In this document: in pieces, positions 59,423 through 64,000 of the stretch
Layout: each line of letters begins with the position of its first letter
Numbering within the stretch: position 1 is the first letter of the stretch
Source: an uncultured Bacilli bacterium
GTDB taxonomy: Bacteria > Bacillota_I > Bacilli_A > RF39 > UBA660
Assembly: GCA_934162445.1 (NCBI GenBank)
Contig: CAKPIT010000003.1
Span: 64,928 to 128,927, forward strand
Reading direction: 5' to 3'
DNA length: 64,000 nt
Program-made: the position numbers and the translations under genes
Notes under the pieces: generated by a model
What the model saw: only the letters and a program-made list of their open reading frames with translations
What the model was told of the DNA's origin: nothing
Databases searched by the model: none

Positions 59423-59842
59423 ATGGAGAAGTCTTATATATTTGAGTATTTGGATGAGAATGATTTTAGAAAAAGAGAACGTTCAGTTAGAAAGTATAAT
59501 ATGTTAGCCTACAAGAAATTAACCTTTGATTATTATCCTGAATTACGTAAAGGTCATTTCTTAGGTGAAATAGTTGGTAACGATAAAGCTTTAAAAACTG
59601 TTAACTATGAACTAAAATTACCAACTGATGAATTATTCGCTAAAGTTCATGGTGAAATTAGAATTCACTATACAGTATACTTAGACAAAAATGTTATTCT
59701 TTTAACTAACATTACACCAGAAGGAATCTTAAACGAAGGTCATCGTGCCGAGTTATCAACCTATAAAGGTGTCATGATTTCTAAATCAAATCCCGAAAAA
59801 GATATGTTTAAAATTAATTTATTAAATATGCTAAATAAATAA
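59423..59842 (+). CDS. Hypothetical protein, possibly a RelE/ParE-fold toxin-like protein
   Basis: 139 aa; the C-terminal RIHYTVYLDKNVILLTNITPEG...GHRAEL weakly resembles the RelE/YoeB-family core (R.VY.V.D..V.I..I.H); RBS GGGGGAG; no antitoxin partner visible. Confidence 0.3.
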   Translation: MEKSYIFEYLDENDFRKRERSVRKYNMLAYKKLTFDYYPELRKGHFLGEIVGNDKALKTVNYELKLPTDELFAKVHGEIRIHYTVYLDKNVILLTNITPEGILNEGHRAELSTYKGVMISKSNPEKDMFKINLLNMLNK

Positions 59843-59921
59843 TCGCCAAAGTGATTATTTTTTAGTTAAAACTATTGCACAACCTAAAATTTTATGTTAA
59901 TATTAAATAGCAATAGTTACT

Positions 59922-59998
59922 GGACCCTTAGCTCAGTTGGTTAGAGCATCCGGCTCATAACCGGACGGTCGATGGTTCGAGTCCATCAGGGTCCACCA
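59922..59998 (+). tRNA. tRNA with CAU anticodon (sequence resembles the lysidine-type tRNA-Ile2; alternatively elongator tRNA-Met)
   Basis: GGACCCTTAGCTCAGTTGGTTAGAGC...TCCGG-CTCATAA-CCGGA...GGTTCGAGTCC...AGGGTCCACCA; G1-C72 pair (so not an initiator); encoded CCA. Confidence 0.8.
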
Positions 59999-60005
59999 TA
60001 CAAAT

Positions 60006-60089
60006 GCGGGTATGGCGGAATTGGCAGACGCGCTAGACTTAGGATCTAGTGTCATAGACGTGCAGGTTCAACTCCTGTTACCCGCACCA
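60006..60089 (+). tRNA. tRNA-Leu (anticodon UAG), type II with a long variable arm
   Basis: GCGGGTA...GGCGGAATTGGCAGACGCG CTAGA-CTTAGGA-TCTAG + 14-nt variable arm + T-arm GGTTCAACTCC + TACCCGCACCA. Confidence 0.85.
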
Positions 60090-60102
60090 CTAAAAATTAT
60101 AT

Positions 60103-60127
60103 ACGAACTTAAATAGTTCGTTTTTTA
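60103..60127 (+). terminator. Rho-independent terminator after the tRNA pair
   Basis: ACGAACT-TAAAT-AGTTCGT followed by TTTTTT. Confidence 0.6.
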
Positions 60128-60148
60128 TTACGTTTAAAGGAGGTACTT

Positions 60149-60610
60149 ATGACAAAAGTATTTAGTGAAGATGCTTACTGTTTAGGTTTATTATATTCAT
60201 ATATTTATGCTGGTAAAAAAACTGTTTCTAAAGAAAGACTTGAAAAGTTTCATCAAACGATTGAAATCAATTTAGAAAACATGAATAGCAATATTAATGA
60301 TATGTATGCCACATTATGGCGTGATAATGAACCCAGTATATATTATGTAACAACAGGAAATGCTGGAAAAATATACTACAATTTATATCCAAATTTCAAT
60401 ATAAATCACGCTAGACAGAAATATATTGTTGGTCTATCAAAAGATACTATTGTTGCTTCTAAAAAAGAAAATGCCTTAAATTCTCTTGATTTAACCAAAG
60501 AAAATGGAAAAATTGTTAAAAAGCGAAAAAACAAGTTAGAAAAACCATCATATATAAGAAAAGACCAGCCAGTTAAAAAACTAGTAAAAACAAGATTTAA
60601 TAAATTTTAA
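60149..60610 (+). CDS. Hypothetical protein
   Basis: 153 aa; RBS AAGGAGG; Lys-rich C-terminus; no motif recognised. Confidence 0.4.
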   Translation: MTKVFSEDAYCLGLLYSYIYAGKKTVSKERLEKFHQTIEINLENMNSNINDMYATLWRDNEPSIYYVTTGNAGKIYYNLYPNFNINHARQKYIVGLSKDTIVASKKENALNSLDLTKENGKIVKKRKNKLEKPSYIRKDQPVKKLVKTRFNKF

Positions 60611-60704
60611 TTATAACAAAATCCTTAGATTTTTAAAAAGAACAATAATATTTTACATATTATGAATAAATATGATATAATTTACAAGGAAAAGAGGTAT
60701 TATT

Positions 60705-62327
60705 ATGAATAAAATATATGTATTTGGTCATCGTAAACCTGACACTGATTCAGTAGCTGCTGCTCTTAGTTATGCTAATTTAAAAAAATCATTAGGTTTT
60801 AATGTTGAACCACGCGTTTTAAGTGCTATTAATAAAGAAACAACTTATGCTCTTGACTATTTTAAAGTTAAAGCTCCTAAATATTTAAATGATGTTAAAT
60901 TACAATTAAGAGACGTAAATTATCACAAAGGTTATTTTTTAAACGAGAAAAAATCAATTTTTGATAGCTACTTATATATGTTAAACGAAGGGTTAACTGG
61001 TGTTCCTATCGTTGATGATAAAAATATTTTTAAAGGAATTGTTACTATTAAAGATTTAGCCAAATCATTCATCAGTACTAATATTGATTACTTAGATACT
61101 AATTTTGATAATTTATTACATGTTTTAAAAGCTAAAATTATTAACAAATCTGATGATGAAATTAAGGGTAACATTTTAGCTGCCTCATATCGCAGTACAA
61201 CTTTTATAAATAATGTTAAGCTTACTAACAACGATATCGTAATTGTTGGTGATCGTCATAGTGTTATTGAATATGCCATTAAATCAAATGTAAAACTATT
61301 AATTATTTCTGGGGAACATAATCTTAAAGAAGAACATGTTAAATTAGCTAAAGAAAACAAAGTAAATGTCATCAGTAGTAGTTTTGATACATTCCATATT
61401 TCCAAATTAGTATGTATGGCTAATTATATTAGAACAATGGAACGTGGTACCAAAGATGCTGTTTATTTTGATGAAAACGATTATGTTGATGATATTTTAG
61501 ATACCAATAAAAAATTAAGACACACCAATTATCCCGTTGTAAACAGTAAAACCTTTAAATGTTTAGGTCTTCTTAGAATTACCGATTTAGATAGTAAAAA
61601 TCCTAAACAAGTAATTTTAGTTGATCATAATGAGAAAAAACAAAGTGCTGAAGGACTTGATGAAGCAGAAATTATTGAAATTGTTGATCATCATAATTTA
61701 AGTAGTATTACAACTGTTAGTCCTATTAATTTTAGAAATATGGCTGTTGGTTCAAGTTGTACGATTATCTATAAATTATATAAAGAAAAAGATATTGAAA
61801 TTCCTAAAGAAATTGCCGGCATGATGTTATCAGGAATTTTATCTGATACTCTTATTTTAAAATCACCAACGACAACTTCTCTTGATAAAGAAGCCGTTGC
61901 CGCTTTAAGTAAAATTGCCGAAGTAGATTATGAAAAATATGGCTTAGATTTATTAAAGGCTGGTACTTCTTTAGATGGTATGAGTAATGAAGATGTTTTA
62001 TATAATGACTTTAAAATTTATACCGTTGATGATAAAACTTTTGGAATTGGTCAATTTTTCACAACTAACTTTGATGTTATTGAGAAAAATATGGATAGTT
62101 ACTTAGATACCCTTGATAGGGAAGCGGAAGCTAATAATTATAATTTAGTAGCTCTTTATATTACCGATATAATTACTCAAGGTTCATACGTTTTATATAA
62201 CCGTCGTGCCAAAGACTTTATGGAACTTGTCTATGATAAAGAAATACCTGAAGGTTATTACTTAGAAGGTTGTGTTTCTAGAAAGAAAAATGTAGTGCCA
62301 ATTATTATGTCTAGTTTTGATAAATAA
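60705..62327 (+). CDS. ppaC: CBS-domain-containing family II (DHH/DHHA2, Mn-dependent) inorganic pyrophosphatase
   Basis: N-terminal DHH motif FGHRKPDTDSVAAA; an inserted CBS pair (LTGVPIVDDKNIFKGIVTIKDL); C-terminal DHHA2 with SGILSDTL; 540 aa. Confidence 0.8.
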   Translation: MNKIYVFGHRKPDTDSVAAALSYANLKKSLGFNVEPRVLSAINKETTYALDYFKVKAPKYLNDVKLQLRDVNYHKGYFLNEKKSIFDSYLYMLNEGLTGVPIVDDKNIFKGIVTIKDLAKSFISTNIDYLDTNFDNLLHVLKAKIINKSDDEIKGNILAASYRSTTFINNVKLTNNDIVIVGDRHSVIEYAIKSNVKLLIISGEHNLKEEHVKLAKENKVNVISSSFDTFHISKLVCMANYIRTMERGTKDAVYFDENDYVDDILDTNKKLRHTNYPVVNSKTFKCLGLLRITDLDSKNPKQVILVDHNEKKQSAEGLDEAEIIEIVDHHNLSSITTVSPINFRNMAVGSSCTIIYKLYKEKDIEIPKEIAGMMLSGILSDTLILKSPTTTSLDKEAVAALSKIAEVDYEKYGLDLLKAGTSLDGMSNEDVLYNDFKIYTVDDKTFGIGQFFTTNFDVIEKNMDSYLDTLDREAEANNYNLVALYITDIITQGSYVLYNRRAKDFMELVYDKEIPEGYYLEGCVSRKKNVVPIIMSSFDK

Positions 62328-62356
62328 GAAAGAATTTAGGATTCTTTCTTTTATTT
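62326..62356 (+). terminator. Rho-independent terminator after ppaC
   Basis: AAGAAAGAAT-TTAGG-ATTCTTTCTT (10-bp perfect stem) followed by a T-rich tail. Confidence 0.55.
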
Positions 62357-62400
62357 ATGCTATTTATTTGCTATAATTTAAGAAGAAAAGAGGTTAAATT

Positions 62401-63216
62401 ATGATGAATATTATAAATACAATTATTTTAGGAATAGTCCAAGGTATTGCTGAATTTTTACCAATTTCATCAAGCGCCCATTTAATTATTTTTAGAGATT
62501 TGTTTAAAATTGGGGCTACGATGAGTAGTAAAGCATCCCTTTGTTTTGATCTTGCTCTTCATTTTGGAACTCTATTAGCTATTGGTATTTTCTTTTTTAA
62601 AGATTTTATTAATATGATTAAAACAGGTCTTACTAAAGGTCCCAAAGATCGGGAAGGAAAGCTTTTTTATCAAATTATTTTAGCTACTATTCCTGCTGCT
62701 ATTATTGGTGTTTTATTTGAAGATGTTATCACTTCATACGTGCGTAACAATTACTTATTAATTGCTTTTGCCTTGATTGCTATGGGGATTATTATTTATT
62801 TAGTAGATAAGACTAGTAAAAGTACTAAAACAATTAAAGATATAACTTATAAAGATGCCTTTTTAATCGGCTGTTCTCAAATTTTTGCTTTAATACCGGG
62901 CTTCAGTCGTAGTGGTACTACCATTGCTAGTTCTAGATATTTAAAAATAGAGCGTGAGAGTGCTGCTAAATTTTCTTTCTATTTATCTGCTCCTGTTGTT
63001 CTTGGTGCTTGCGTTTTACAATTTCTAAAAAAAGGTACCATTGCTCTAATTATGGCTAATGCCCTAACTTTCTTCATAGGCGTTTTTATCTCTTTCATAA
63101 CTGGCTTGCTTTGTATTAAATTTTTACTTAAATATCTTAAAAATCATGACTTTAAGCTATTTATGATTTATCGTATTATTTTAGCCATCATTGTTATTTT
63201 AACACTTATCTTTTAG
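62401..63216 (+). CDS. uppP: Undecaprenyl-diphosphate phosphatase (BacA/UppP)
   Basis: GIVQGIAEFLPISSSAHLII and PGFSRSGTTI signature motifs; 8 TM helices. Confidence 0.9.
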   Translation: MMNIINTIILGIVQGIAEFLPISSSAHLIIFRDLFKIGATMSSKASLCFDLALHFGTLLAIGIFFFKDFINMIKTGLTKGPKDREGKLFYQIILATIPAAIIGVLFEDVITSYVRNNYLLIAFALIAMGIIIYLVDKTSKSTKTIKDITYKDAFLIGCSQIFALIPGFSRSGTTIASSRYLKIERESAAKFSFYLSAPVVLGACVLQFLKKGTIALIMANALTFFIGVFISFITGLLCIKFLLKYLKNHDFKLFMIYRIILAIIVILTLIF

Positions 63217-63225
63217 GAGGAAATT

Positions 63226-63978
63226 ATGAATCAATCTCTTGCTTTATTTATTACATTTTTGCTTGGTTTCTTTATTTTAATTGGCGTAATTATTGCTTTT
63301 TTTGTTACTAAAAAAAATAAATTTTTAGACTATATCTTTGCCTTTGCCACATCACTTCTTGCTACTTTAATTATCTTAGATATCATGCCTCACATCATGA
63401 GTCATTTAGCTATTTCTAGAATGTATATCTTTATAATTTTTAGTATGTTAGGGATTTTGTTATTTAAACTACTAGATAAATTTATTCCTGAACATGAAAA
63501 TACCAAAATGACTAAAACGGAATTAAAACAGAATTATTCACATATTGGTGTTCTAACCACTTTAGCAATTATTCTTCATAATATCATTGAAGGTATGGCT
63601 ATTTATATCACGTCCCTAAATGATATTAAAATGGGTCTTTTAATGAGTATTGGAGTAGGGCTTCATAATATTCCACTTGGTATTATCATTACCACAACCC
63701 TTGATATGGGTAATGAAAAAGCTTCTAAATATTTTTGGTGTTTAGGAAGTTTATTCATCTCAAGCTTTATTGGTGGTTTAATTCCATTTCTTTTAAAAAT
63801 TACCGTTGTAAGTGATACTTTAGTAGGTATCTTACTTTCCCTAACTTTAGGTATGCTTTTATATATCTTAATCTTTGAATTATTGCCTAAAGTCATTAAA
63901 ACTAAACACAAAAAAATTACTATATTAGGGCTTCTTAGTGGAGTAGTTACTCTTCTTTTAGCATCTTTTATTGGATAG
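63226..63978 (+). CDS. ZIP family divalent metal transporter (ZupT-like)
   Basis: ILHNIIEGMAIY and VGLHNIPLGIII ZIP signature helices; 250 aa. Confidence 0.65.
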   Translation: MNQSLALFITFLLGFFILIGVIIAFFVTKKNKFLDYIFAFATSLLATLIILDIMPHIMSHLAISRMYIFIIFSMLGILLFKLLDKFIPEHENTKMTKTELKQNYSHIGVLTTLAIILHNIIEGMAIYITSLNDIKMGLLMSIGVGLHNIPLGIIITTTLDMGNEKASKYFWCLGSLFISSFIGGLIPFLLKITVVSDTLVGILLSLTLGMLLYILIFELLPKVIKTKHKKITILGLLSGVVTLLLASFIG

Positions 63979-64000
63979 GAGAACAAATATGCTTGATAGA

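Noticed and set aside
1-64000. CRISPR arrays, tandem repeats, rRNA genes, prophage, integrase or transposase genes, and TGA-as-Trp recoding
   Set aside because: No direct-repeat arrays or mobile-element genes were seen on reading through. Conserved genes are full length under the standard code with mostly TAA stops.

Overview
This is a 64 kb, very AT-rich chromosomal segment from a low-GC Gram-positive or Mollicute-like bacterium (Bacillota/Mycoplasmatota-like). It uses the standard genetic code: conserved genes read through without needing TGA=Trp, and most stops are TAA. Gene density is high, almost every gene is on the + strand (only three small genes are on the - strand), and there are many 1-50 nt overlaps or tight junctions typical of operons. 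The backbone is housekeeping with Bacillus-like synteny: DUF421 membrane protein, two type IV pilin/ComGC-like pseudopilins, lon, dnaI, yebC-ruvA-ruvB-queA, tig, rpmG, efp, hisS-aspS (archaeal/eukaryotic-type short AspRS), dnaG-sigA-trmK, trpS, a DUF368 membrane protein, thrS behind a T-box-like leader, pilC(comGB)-pilD(comC), mtaB, recD2, comN-like-secDF-rel-dtd, AI-2E transporter, yceD-rpmF, addB-addA, tRNA(CAU) and tRNA-Leu(UAG), a CBS-domain family II pyrophosphatase, uppP and a ZIP transporter. Between about 17.2 and 26.6 kb lies what looks like an accessory stretch. It starts with an Smr-domain gene and three consecutive low-complexity, membrane-anchored or secreted hypothetical proteins. 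These are followed by a compact, promoter-to-terminator-delimited five-gene operon at 21.9-26.6 kb. The operon encodes a 48-aa Cys-containing peptide, a truncated long-RSH (HD hydrolase + (p)ppGpp-synthetase + TGS, no C-terminal ribosome-sensing domains) that is a second Rel paralogue alongside the canonical full-length rel at 48.2 kb, an archaeal-type S-adenosylmethionine synthetase (PF01941-like), a stand-alone AlaRS catalytic-core homologue lacking tRNA-binding and editing domains, and an S51 (PepE/cyanophycinase-like) peptidase. This combination is, to my knowledge, not a described system, and it is the main candidate for something new in the window. No CRISPR arrays, transposases, integrases or rRNA genes were seen. 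All coordinates and motif calls were done by eye from the sequence and the ORF track; no database searches were run.
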